Positions 29,144-37,889 of a stretch of DNA of 54,294 bases are shown here, piece by piece (position 1 is the stretch's first letter; each line of letters opens with the position of its first letter). Under the pieces are notes generated by a model. The model was not told the origin of the DNA, ran no database searches, and saw only the letters and a program-made list of their open reading frames with translations. Origin of the DNA: a virus (taxonomy: Duplodnaviria; Caudoviricetes); the IMG/VR virus record IMGVR_UViG_3300020438_000053, positions 1 through 54,294 of that record. One strand, written 5' to 3'. Position numbers and translations under genes: made by a program.

Positions 29144-29223
29144 GGACGCCGAAAGTCGTCCTTACAGCCTGTTCTAGTGAATCACATGTCTACCAACGAC
29201 ATGCACTGGAGCAGGCTTTTTTT
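29144..29223 (+). ncRNA. structured RNA and/or long terminator downstream of the Ro60-like gene
   Basis: GGACG/CGTCC hairpin; 14-bp stem AGCCTGTTCTAGTG/CACTGGAGCAGGCT with G-U pairs; bulge; CATGTC/GACATG; T-tract. Confidence 0.6.
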
Positions 29224-29256
29224 CTTACACGGGTTCTTACATATAACCACACACCA

Positions 29257-29589
29257 ATGAACATGAAACCTCAAATGTCTAAGCAAAAACACATATCTAC
29301 TGAAATAGAATCTCACGCACTAGATGTACTAACTTACGAAGTAAACCTACAATATCTTCAACATGAACTACAACAACTTGAAAATATATATCCCACCAGC
29401 TTCGAAACAGAACACTACTACGACTTCCTAACTGACATATTCAACAACCTAAAAGGTGAATATAAAAGAATATTCTACGAAGTAACTAACTCAGAGGAAT
29501 TTAAACTAAAACAACAATTATTCCTACGCAAACACCGCAACTCAAAAACAAACAGAGAAGCCATCGAAAAAATTCTAAAAATAATCTAA
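29257..29589 (+). CDS. hypothetical protein
   Basis: 110 aa; preceded by AACCACACACCA. Confidence 0.6.
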   Translation: MNMKPQMSKQKHISTEIESHALDVLTYEVNLQYLQHELQQLENIYPTSFETEHYYDFLTDIFNNLKGEYKRIFYEVTNSEEFKLKQQLFLRKHRNSKTNREAIEKILKII

Positions 29590-29591
29590 CC

Positions 29592-29684
29592 ATGAACGAA
29601 CACACAGCCGACTGGGGCTTCATCCTTCTAGTAATCCTAGGCGTAATGATCCTAAGCTACTGCCTAACTGAAGTTCACCTATAA
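29592..29684 (+). CDS. 30-aa single-TM peptide
   Basis: MNEHTADWGFILLVILGVMILSYCLTEVHL; fills the intergenic gap. Confidence 0.5.
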   Translation: MNEHTADWGFILLVILGVMILSYCLTEVHL

Positions 29685-29696
29685 CCACACACCATA

Positions 29697-30263
29697 ATGA
29701 AACCAATAAACCAAAACAACATAACGCGTGCCAACCGCACACCAAATGAATTACTACACTTCCTTCTATGGACAACAACCGTAGCAGGAAAACGATCCGA
29801 CGTTCAGACAGAGAAGTTCAACGAGCTATTCAAGGAAGCCGACCTCAGTCTCATCGCCAAACACGGCAACAGCCTACGAGCTAAGATGAAAACAGTCGGC
29901 CTGGGTCAATACAGTCGACTAGTACAATGCTGGAAGCACATCAACCGACACATACGACCAACCAAATTGAGAACTATCACTAGAGACGAGCTAACGAAAA
30001 TACCTGGAATCGGCCCCAAGACCGCCAGCTTCTTCATAGCTCACTCACAACCGTGGCCAGAAATTGCCGTACTCGATGTACACATTCTCAAATGGCTACA
30101 AAAAGAATTCCCTAAACAAAAAATCCCTAAAGTAACTCCAAGCGACCCCGATCAGTATCGGGACATCGAAGCCCTCTTCTTGGGCAGGAGCTGTCAACTA
30201 AACACAAAACCGTCAGATCTCGACACCTTGATCTGGCAAAAAGCCACTAACCATGTGTCGTGA
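29697..30263 (+). CDS. HhH-GPD DNA glycosylase/AP-lyase-like protein (Ogg2-like)
   Basis: HhH LTKIPGIGPKTASFF with Lys; AVLDVHIL with catalytic Asp; Y..IE; LD..IW. Confidence 0.8.
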   Translation: MKPINQNNITRANRTPNELLHFLLWTTTVAGKRSDVQTEKFNELFKEADLSLIAKHGNSLRAKMKTVGLGQYSRLVQCWKHINRHIRPTKLRTITRDELTKIPGIGPKTASFFIAHSQPWPEIAVLDVHILKWLQKEFPKQKIPKVTPSDPDQYRDIEALFLGRSCQLNTKPSDLDTLIWQKATNHVS

Positions 30264-30323
30264 AGATCCATACAGCGTTCATTACGACCCTAACTACAAC
30301 AACCAAATAGACAAAGACACAAC

Positions 30324-30626
30324 ATGCTACACCGCACAAAACTACATCAGATTATACAACGCCTTGGACACGCTATCTTCCACATTACGTGGATTAAAAA
30401 AGACGGAACCGAAAGAAAAGCAAACGTCCGATGCAAAGTCATCAAAGGAATCAACGGAAAAGGTAAACGTATCAACCGAGCCAACAACGCAAACATAAGT
30501 ATATACCTAATGGGAAACGAAACAGGGTATCGCACGCTAAACTTAAACACGGTACGCTCGCTCAAATGCTACGGCTACAATGCCACTATCACACCAGATC
30601 CTATTACAAATGAAAAAAAAGTATAG
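30324..30626 (+). CDS. WYL-like SH3-fold protein (DUF2693-like)
   Basis: F.ITWIKKDGTER...GYRTLNL.TV. Confidence 0.6.
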   Translation: MLHRTKLHQIIQRLGHAIFHITWIKKDGTERKANVRCKVIKGINGKGKRINRANNANISIYLMGNETGYRTLNLNTVRSLKCYGYNATITPDPITNEKKV

Positions 30627-30819
30627 GTTCTTTTATCACTACAACAAAAATAATAGATGCTTAACAGTACACCACAGAGGTAAATGTTTACTAACTGACG
30701 CAATAAACATATCAGTACCTACCGAATCCAAAACAAACCCAAAGCAACAGCCTCACATCGTCATGCAAGGCTGGTGCACCAACCTAACTCACACAACTAA
30801 TATAACAACAATATCATGA
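30610..30819 (+). CDS. conserved phage hypothetical protein
   Basis: RFFYHYNK...TVH....C...QPH.VMQG. Confidence 0.6.
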   Translation: MKKKYRFFYHYNKNNRCLTVHHRGKCLLTDAINISVPTESKTNPKQQPHIVMQGWCTNLTHTTNITTIS

Positions 30820-31637
30820 ACGATCATCGATTATATATGCATTGCGGAGCAACACCCGTAAACAAGACCGAGGTATACAAAACAAAAACACCGACGAATA
30901 CGAATACACACTATCCGATACCGCACGGTACGTTTCTCGACAATGTATTCAACACACTAAACGAAGTAGGGCTAGTTACCACTAACGAACACTACGGGCT
31001 AAACCACGAAGGCAACGATTTATTCGCCCTTCTCGAAATAGAACGGAGCGACAACGGTGACAACGACAATGGTACATTCACCAACGCAGTCGGAATACGT
31101 AACAGTCACATCAAACACTTCTCCGCTAGCCTAGTAGCAGGCGGTCGAGTCTTCGTATGCGACAACCTAATGATCAGCGGTGAAATCAAAATGAATCGAA
31201 AACACACTCGAAACATCCTAAAAGATCTACCAAATCTCATCGGTCACATGGTACTACAGCTCGTCGACAAATGGCTATTCCAAGAAGTACGTTACGATGC
31301 ATATCGCGACACAGAACTCACCCAAAGCCAAGCCGACGAACTACTAGCACTATCATTCCGTAAAGGATGCATACCAGGCTCGAAGTTACAAAAAGTAGTC
31401 AACCAATGGGAAACACCAACTCATGATGAGTTTCAACCACGAAACGCTTGGAGCATGTTCAACGCGTTCACGGAAGTTCACAAAGAATCTCCGTCACAAC
31501 TACCAACTCGTAGTATGCGATTACACAACACGTTCAATGGGTACTGCAAAAACGCCCTTGACGATCTTATGAACCAACGAGGTATCGCAATAGATGCTGA
31601 CATATCACAAATCGAGGACGCTGAAATAATAGTGTGA
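30816..31637 (+). CDS. DUF932/DUF945-family protein
   Basis: YPIPH, RNSH....S, G.RVFVCDNL, H, W..FNAFTE. Confidence 0.75.
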   Translation: MNDHRLYMHCGATPVNKTEVYKTKTPTNTNTHYPIPHGTFLDNVFNTLNEVGLVTTNEHYGLNHEGNDLFALLEIERSDNGDNDNGTFTNAVGIRNSHIKHFSASLVAGGRVFVCDNLMISGEIKMNRKHTRNILKDLPNLIGHMVLQLVDKWLFQEVRYDAYRDTELTQSQADELLALSFRKGCIPGSKLQKVVNQWETPTHDEFQPRNAWSMFNAFTEVHKESPSQLPTRSMRLHNTFNGYCKNALDDLMNQRGIAIDADISQIEDAEIIV

Positions 31638-31846
31638 CCCTTTGGAGAGCTCTCAAAATACTCAACGCTCTGTACCAACACAGCGATGAGGACATTCGAG
31701 AAGCTATCCAAATACACCAGAGACACGTTCGCAAAATTCTTTGCCCACAATGCAAAGAACAACTTATTAGCATCGGTCTAGCCAACACAGCAGGCCAATG
31801 CTTACAATGTCACATAAGCAACGAAACTCCAACTACATATGACTAA
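31634..31846 (+). CDS. small zinc-finger protein
   Basis: CPQC...CLQC; GTGA coupling. Confidence 0.5.
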   Translation: MTLWRALKILNALYQHSDEDIREAIQIHQRHVRKILCPQCKEQLISIGLANTAGQCLQCHISNETPTTYD

Positions 31847-31848
31847 TC

Positions 31849-32655
31849 ATGTCAAAGAATAACTCGACTCAACTAAGATGGAACCAAGGTAATGTTAAGT
31901 TACCAGATCGAATACTTCATTTCAGCCTACCATCAGGCCACAGCTGTCCAGCAGCACTGAAGTGTTTAGCCAAGTCCGATTACCACACAGGTAAAATCAC
32001 CGACGGCAGACAACAAACCTATAGATGTTACGCAGCCATGCAAGAAGCTAGGCACTCACGCATACGTCATCAAAGATGGGATAACTTCAAAATACTCAGA
32101 CGCTTGGGGCGAAAGAAAATACTATCATTATTGAAAGCTACTCTTTGCCCCCTGCACGACGAATACTTTGCCAATCACCAACAATATCCAATCGTACGCG
32201 CTCATGTAGGCGGTGACTTCTTCAAAGAAGATTACTTTCTAGCCTGGATGGATCTAGCCAACTACTTCGATCTAACGCAGTTCTACGCTTACACTAAAAG
32301 AACCGACCTATGGATAATGCATATGGACAACATACCTCTGAACTTCGAACTCAATGCCTCACGCGGAGGTAAGTTCGACGATCTCATAGACACACATAAA
32401 CTAAAATCTGCAGAAGTCGTATTCTCCACGGAAGAAGCTAAAACTAAAGGACTAGAACTAGATCATGACGACAGCCTCGCATACACACCCGGACCCTCGT
32501 TCGGACAACTCATCCACGGATGCCAACCCGCAGGATCAGACGCCTCTAAAGCTCTTATCCAACTCAAAACAGACATCGGCTGGACAGGTTACTCGAAAAA
32601 TACCAAGGGAAGCCCAAAAGAAAATAACAACGTTCTTCTCTCAACTAAAAACTAG
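31849..32655 (+). CDS. gp88-like protein (Cys-cluster, radical-SAM-like)
   Basis: GN.KL, FSLPSGHSCP.A..C, CYA, R.HVGGDF, FYAYTK. Confidence 0.75.
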   Translation: MSKNNSTQLRWNQGNVKLPDRILHFSLPSGHSCPAALKCLAKSDYHTGKITDGRQQTYRCYAAMQEARHSRIRHQRWDNFKILRRLGRKKILSLLKATLCPLHDEYFANHQQYPIVRAHVGGDFFKEDYFLAWMDLANYFDLTQFYAYTKRTDLWIMHMDNIPLNFELNASRGGKFDDLIDTHKLKSAEVVFSTEEAKTKGLELDHDDSLAYTPGPSFGQLIHGCQPAGSDASKALIQLKTDIGWTGYSKNTKGSPKENNNVLLSTKN

Positions 32656-33253
32656 AGAAGTAAATCGTTACATCCAAGATTGGGAACGGATTCGTCCTAA
32701 AACCAATCAAGAAACCATCAATCGATGGCGATTCGCCTACTGCACCATCCACACACCGTGGGAACGCAGTTGCGATCAATACGATCAAGTAAAAGGTATA
32801 TACGGCAAAGCCAACCTAAACAGCCTCGAACGATTACTATCACGCTCAACAGGCGGAATGTGGTCGATCAAAGCTAACGGGATGTACCACTTCCAACTCG
32901 AATGGGCAACGAACAAACAATTGTTCAAACCTACCAACGATTGGCAGACTTGGCGTAACAAACTAGTCGAGACACTACCCGGCATCGGGCAAGCCAAAGT
33001 TAGTTTCGCCATCGAAATGATTCATCCGACGGAAGCTCAATGCATATGTCTCGATCGACACATGCTCAAAGCCTTCGGCTGGACACAACTAGACAGCCAA
33101 CCAGAACTAGATCAATATATGATCTATGAAGACTACTGGTTAAAGCTATCCGCTGAACGGGGCGTCCCGCCTGTAATCAGCAGAAATATATTCTGGGACA
33201 GAATACAAAAACAAAACAGCTCACTCTACTGGGCTAACTCGATAATAGACTAA
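32465..33253 (+). CDS. second HhH-GPD DNA glycosylase-like protein (true start uncertain, probably near 32600)
   Basis: LPGIGQAKVSFA, CLDRHML, Y..YE, .WD. Confidence 0.7.
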   Translation: MTTASHTHPDPRSDNSSTDANPQDQTPLKLLSNSKQTSAGQVTRKIPREAQKKITTFFSQLKTREVNRYIQDWERIRPKTNQETINRWRFAYCTIHTPWERSCDQYDQVKGIYGKANLNSLERLLSRSTGGMWSIKANGMYHFQLEWATNKQLFKPTNDWQTWRNKLVETLPGIGQAKVSFAIEMIHPTEAQCICLDRHMLKAFGWTQLDSQPELDQYMIYEDYWLKLSAERGVPPVISRNIFWDRIQKQNSSLYWANSIID

Positions 33254-34212
33254 TGCACAAAACAATAAACCACACACCACAACAACCTCCGTATTCTATT
33301 ACGGATAATTCAATAACCATCCTCTGGAACGGTGAATCACACACCGTGTCCAGTTCCGCACCTAACTATAAGGATCTCAAAGACTGCATCATCAACGGTG
33401 CATGGGATGTCATAGACGAAGCACTGACCCCATCGAAATCATTCGAAAAGATCAGTGACGGTCAGATCACTATAGAAAATAACGCCGTCCACTATCAAGG
33501 CAAACCCATCCACAACGCAGCTACCCAAAAGCTCATGGATCTACTAGCACAAGGCTTATCAGATCCAAAACCTTGGATGAAATTCATCGAGAAACTCATG
33601 GCTAATCCCAGCTACAACAGCAGGGAACAAGGCTACAAGTTCCTCGAACACCGCAACATGCCCATCACAGCGGACGGCAACGTAATCGGATACAAAGGAG
33701 TCAACAGCGAATACAAAGACATCTACTCAGGTAAATTCGACAACTCAGTCGGACAACGCTTATCAATGAATAGATCCGGCGTTGACGACAATGTAGATCA
33801 CGGATGCTCAGCCGGCTTTCACATCGGAAGCCACGAGTACGCCGACTCTTGGGGATCCAACGGCAAACTCATGGTCGTTGAATTCTCACCCGAAGACATC
33901 GTCTCAGTACCAACCTGTTCAAGCTACGCCAAATTACGAGTATGCAAATACGAAGTAATCGGCGAATGCCACAACAGAGAGAAGCTGAACGACGGTCTCT
34001 ACGGACACGAAGGCGACATCAGATACGAAGACATATTCAAGTATCTCGAGAAACGCTGGAACAAAGGCAAATCCCCACGCTTCCGCAAGCTAAGCAAGAA
34101 GTTCCCAGGCATCAGCATAGAGGAACTCAACTCAGCTACCGAAGGCTACGGAGCTCTCACCACACTTGAGTGGGACGACTCCAAGAACGATTACCTAGTA
34201 ACTTTGCATTAG
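33253..34212 (+). CDS. rIIB: rIIB-like protein
   Basis: L.ANPS, FLEH..MPIT.DG..IGYKGV, DNSVG...M.R..VDDN....CSAGFH, DIVSVP, K.RVCKY.V. Confidence 0.85.
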   Translation: MHKTINHTPQQPPYSITDNSITILWNGESHTVSSSAPNYKDLKDCIINGAWDVIDEALTPSKSFEKISDGQITIENNAVHYQGKPIHNAATQKLMDLLAQGLSDPKPWMKFIEKLMANPSYNSREQGYKFLEHRNMPITADGNVIGYKGVNSEYKDIYSGKFDNSVGQRLSMNRSGVDDNVDHGCSAGFHIGSHEYADSWGSNGKLMVVEFSPEDIVSVPTCSSYAKLRVCKYEVIGECHNREKLNDGLYGHEGDIRYEDIFKYLEKRWNKGKSPRFRKLSKKFPGISIEELNSATEGYGALTTLEWDDSKNDYLVTLH

Positions 34213-34230
34213 CGGTTACTAATGGTTATG

Positions 34231-34259
34231 GCGACCTGAGCACGTCGTAAAACTGCTCA
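34231..34259 (+). ncRNA. compact pseudoknot motif, copy 4
   Basis: GCGAC/GTCGT plus TGAGCA/TGCTCA. Confidence 0.6.
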
Positions 34260-34294
34260 CCTATTTAACCACACACCACTAATCGCACACTATC

Positions 34295-34999
34295 ATGAAC
34301 GATATTGATCCACAGTACATTCATCAATCGGGACGTCACAAAGGACAACTAAATCAATCTCTCCTTCAAACAAAAGGTAAATTCAGACGCGGTCAACTCC
34401 ACCCTCTATGCGCTGGCATCGTATTCCGAAGCTATAAATCAGCAATAAGGAAAAACAGACCATCAAACAGAAAAAATCTGCAATCATGGACAACTCAAGA
34501 GCAACATGAAAAAGAAAACGCGCGTCATCGCAAGTATCAAAGTAATTGGAGAAAAGAAAACCCAGAGAAAGAAAAAGCAAATAAACTCAACATGACGACC
34601 GAACAACGCGCAAGACGCTGTATTTACTTCAGAGCATACAATACAAAACGACGCGCCGAGGATCCCGAATTCAGACTGCTTAATAACTTACGAAACAGTC
34701 TTTACAAAGCGGTCACTGCCCAAAGCAGTCACCAATACAAACTAAAAACAATAAAACTAATCGGTTGCACTCCCAAACAACTCCAAATCCACATCGAATC
34801 TTTATGGACAGACGAAATGAGCTGGGAAAGCTATGGACTTCGCGGATGGCATGTCGATCACATCAAACCCTGCGCATCCTTTGATCTAAAAGACCCAAAT
34901 CAACAAAAGAAATGCTTCCATTACACTAACCTACAACCTCTTTGGGCTGAAGACAACCAGTCCAAAGGAGCAAAACTCAACTGGCAGAAAGCTGCCTAA
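34295..34999 (+). CDS. free-standing HNH homing endonuclease
   Basis: IGC....L..HIE....MSW..YG..WHVDHIKPCASFDL.....CFHYTNLQPLWA..N..K. Confidence 0.85.
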   Translation: MNDIDPQYIHQSGRHKGQLNQSLLQTKGKFRRGQLHPLCAGIVFRSYKSAIRKNRPSNRKNLQSWTTQEQHEKENARHRKYQSNWRKENPEKEKANKLNMTTEQRARRCIYFRAYNTKRRAEDPEFRLLNNLRNSLYKAVTAQSSHQYKLKTIKLIGCTPKQLQIHIESLWTDEMSWESYGLRGWHVDHIKPCASFDLKDPNQQKKCFHYTNLQPLWAEDNQSKGAKLNWQKAA

Positions 35000-35044
35000 C
35001 CACTAACCACACACCACTAACCACACACCACTAATCGAACTATC

Positions 35045-35275
35045 ATGAAAATAGAATGCACAGACGGATTCACGTTCAGCATGGTCACAGGCTCAGGCAC
35101 ATATGCCATGCCAGGATGCGCTGAACTCGGATATCCATCAGAACCAGACGAACTATTGGAACCTCATCGAGAACAACTCAATGAAGATCCAACGGAATGC
35201 GTCTATCCATACACACCACTAACCGTAGTAGCACAACTACTCAAAAAGCATAACCACACACCAGATAACCAATGA
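35045..35275 (+). CDS. conserved phage hypothetical protein
   Basis: C.DGF.FS...YA.P...ELGYPS...VYPYTP. Confidence 0.65.
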   Translation: MKIECTDGFTFSMVTGSGTYAMPGCAELGYPSEPDELLEPHREQLNEDPTECVYPYTPLTVVAQLLKKHNHTPDNQ

Positions 35276-37521
35276 AACTAGCAACAAGTAACGCAACGCC
35301 GGCAGTGCATAATCTGTCATCACCATCTCACTTCTCGATCAAGAAGGAGAACATGTCACACATCATAGGAATACTCCGATCCAAGATCTATTCCAACAAA
35401 TGGCTGGCTGTCCTCAGAGAATACCTAACCAACGCAGTTGACGCACACGTCGAAGCAGGCCTACTAGCCTATCAAGTAGAACTAACGCTCCCGACACTAT
35501 CATCGCCTACGTTAATCATCCGTGACTTCGGTAAAGGATTAAGCGAAGAAGATGTCCGAGAGATGTACATCATGTACGGCTCATCAACCAAGCGACAATC
35601 CAATGACTACACTGGATGCTTGGGCATCGGATGCAAAGCCGCGTTCGCCTACACTGATACGTTCACCGTAACGTCATATCAGAATGGCAATCGCAGTACC
35701 TACAATGCAGTCATCACCGACGGCGGTGAAGGTAGCATCTACTGCATCGATTCATCCGACACCAATGACATGGACGGAATAGAAATCAAAGTACCAGTAC
35801 GAACGGAAGACATCGAGAACTTCAAAAGGGAAGCATTCGGAATCCTTCCATACTTCGACACGCCACCACGTCTTATCAACGAAGACATGGAGTATCCAAC
35901 GCTGGATATCATTGATGCCGGAACAAACTGGAGATTGAAAAAAGATACCAGCGGAAGCCACGGTTATCATCGTAACCACGGCAAAGCTACCGCCGTCATG
36001 GGTAACATCCCATACAAACTAGAAGTAGATAAGATGGGTAACACTGAACATTCCGACATAATCGAATGCAGTAACATCATCATCAACTTCCCCTTGGGTA
36101 GCTTGGACATCGCTGCCAACCGTGAATCGTTGGAGTACACACCACGTACAATCAGCAACATCAACATCGAAGCAGAGCGAGTAATCAAAGACTTAGCTAC
36201 CAAGCTACAAGTCAAGATATCAAACTGCAAAAACCTATGGGATGCATCACTCAAAGCTCATGAAGTAACCAAGAACTTACCGTATGGAATAGCCAACAAA
36301 GTATTCGATGCCATGCGATTCAATAACGAACGCCTGAAAAGAAAGTTCCGCTTTCCTTGTAGCGTCACAAGACATTACAGGAAGCACAGGTACAGAGCCA
36401 ACGACTACGCCAATGCGAAAGAAGACACTAGTCTCATAGGCGTCGATGAACACAGCACCGTATGCATATACGACGTCCGCGAACTATCATCGGTTCAAGC
36501 GACGATGCGGGTAAGAACACTGCAAGCCAACAGTAACTGGGACAAAGAGAAAGTATTCTATGCAATAGCATACGACTCCAAAGCTAAGTTACCCAAAGGC
36601 ACACGCATACTTACCACCGACGTGTTACCTGCAAAGTTCCTAAAGAAACTACCAAAGCCTGCGGTAAACGCTGACGGACAATCATTACCATGGGAGTCCG
36701 ATGCTCACTTACTCAAAGACAACTACATCAACCTGAATGAGGTAGAAACGTACAAGCCTGCACGTAAGAAAAAGAATGACGATGGATCTACGACACCCGT
36801 CAAGATCGATACATGCTTCTTAAAGCCAAATCATCTCGCATCAGGTAGAATCGTCCAATCGGAATACCTAGCACCATGCAATGGCATGCACATCTACATA
36901 CCGTTGGATCGCTACTCGTGGCACGACAAGAAGTACAGCTTAGAGCATGATGACTTCAAACTCATACGAACAGCACTACAAATGATGCATCGCTTGGAAG
37001 GACTACCCAAACCAACCATCCACGGAGTAAAGAAACACTTCTTAGATAAGTTAGACGACACATGGGTAGAGTTAGACGACTGGTACAACAAGCTGTACAA
37101 GAAAATAAAGAACACGCATCGCAAAAAGATCGCGCTCGCTGCAAATGAAGTATTAGGACACGGCACCCCATACACATACTCAGAACATAAAATATTCGAG
37201 AAACTACCAAAGAGTTTACGATTCCCCGAATGGGAAACATTCAAACTCATAAGGGAACAGCACGAATACAACCCGGGCAACGTCAACTATGTTACAGTAC
37301 GCGACACGTCCGACATAGATACAGACGACGAAGTCAGTCACCTTCTTCATCATGTATGGAGAATGTTTAACCCTGACTTCCAATCACCAAACACAATACA
37401 TGAAGCCTACGAAACATTCCTCAAAGCACATCCAATGATGAGGTATTTCAACACAAACTGGCAACGCAACGACAAGGAGGAAGTAAACGATGTCAAAGAA
37501 TATCTTACACGAGGAGCCTAA
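35272..37521 (+). CDS. rIIA: rIIA-like protein (GHKL ATPase N-terminus)
   Basis: IYSNK..AVLRE..TNAVDAH, IRDFGKGLS, STK..SND..G.LGIGCK..FAY, F..G.LDI..NRE.L. Confidence 0.88.
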   Translation: MKLATSNATPAVHNLSSPSHFSIKKENMSHIIGILRSKIYSNKWLAVLREYLTNAVDAHVEAGLLAYQVELTLPTLSSPTLIIRDFGKGLSEEDVREMYIMYGSSTKRQSNDYTGCLGIGCKAAFAYTDTFTVTSYQNGNRSTYNAVITDGGEGSIYCIDSSDTNDMDGIEIKVPVRTEDIENFKREAFGILPYFDTPPRLINEDMEYPTLDIIDAGTNWRLKKDTSGSHGYHRNHGKATAVMGNIPYKLEVDKMGNTEHSDIIECSNIIINFPLGSLDIAANRESLEYTPRTISNINIEAERVIKDLATKLQVKISNCKNLWDASLKAHEVTKNLPYGIANKVFDAMRFNNERLKRKFRFPCSVTRHYRKHRYRANDYANAKEDTSLIGVDEHSTVCIYDVRELSSVQATMRVRTLQANSNWDKEKVFYAIAYDSKAKLPKGTRILTTDVLPAKFLKKLPKPAVNADGQSLPWESDAHLLKDNYINLNEVETYKPARKKKNDDGSTTPVKIDTCFLKPNHLASGRIVQSEYLAPCNGMHIYIPLDRYSWHDKKYSLEHDDFKLIRTALQMMHRLEGLPKPTIHGVKKHFLDKLDDTWVELDDWYNKLYKKIKNTHRKKIALAANEVLGHGTPYTYSEHKIFEKLPKSLRFPEWETFKLIREQHEYNPGNVNYVTVRDTSDIDTDDEVSHLLHHVWRMFNPDFQSPNTIHEAYETFLKAHPMMRYFNTNWQRNDKEEVNDVKEYLTRGA

Positions 37522-37882
37522 GGTAACATGGATCAGCAGTCGCAAGCTCAAACGGAACTTACAAAGTTTCGATCAAAGCTTACAACTAGCCCCAGGAAAC
37601 ACACTCAAACGTAACTTCGAAGACGGCTTATGGATATACAAAGACTGGACTTACGTAAGCTTCCGCTTCGTTCACAACCATAATCAAGCAAACGTGCATC
37701 CCAACGGTTATCACTCCAGCGCTTGGGGATGGTGGGGCGAACTCAGTGCCGTCGCAGACAAAGACAACATCATCCACATACACACCAAGACAGGATCATG
37801 GCCAAGCATCGAGCACTTCCACTGGACAGTGAGCAAAATCGATGAGCTACTTCCCACAGCCCGTCGTTTGTACGGTCTATAA
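37490..37882 (+). CDS. hypothetical protein
   Basis: 130 aa; AAGGAGG upstream. Confidence 0.6.
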   Translation: MSKNILHEEPKVTWISSRKLKRNLQSFDQSLQLAPGNTLKRNFEDGLWIYKDWTYVSFRFVHNHNQANVHPNGYHSSAWGWWGELSAVADKDNIIHIHTKTGSWPSIEHFHWTVSKIDELLPTARRLYGL

Positions 37883-37889
37883 TATCGAA

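Noticed and set aside
30253-30498. 81-aa ORF
   Set aside because: It mostly overlaps the WYL-like ORF, which has recognisable motifs.
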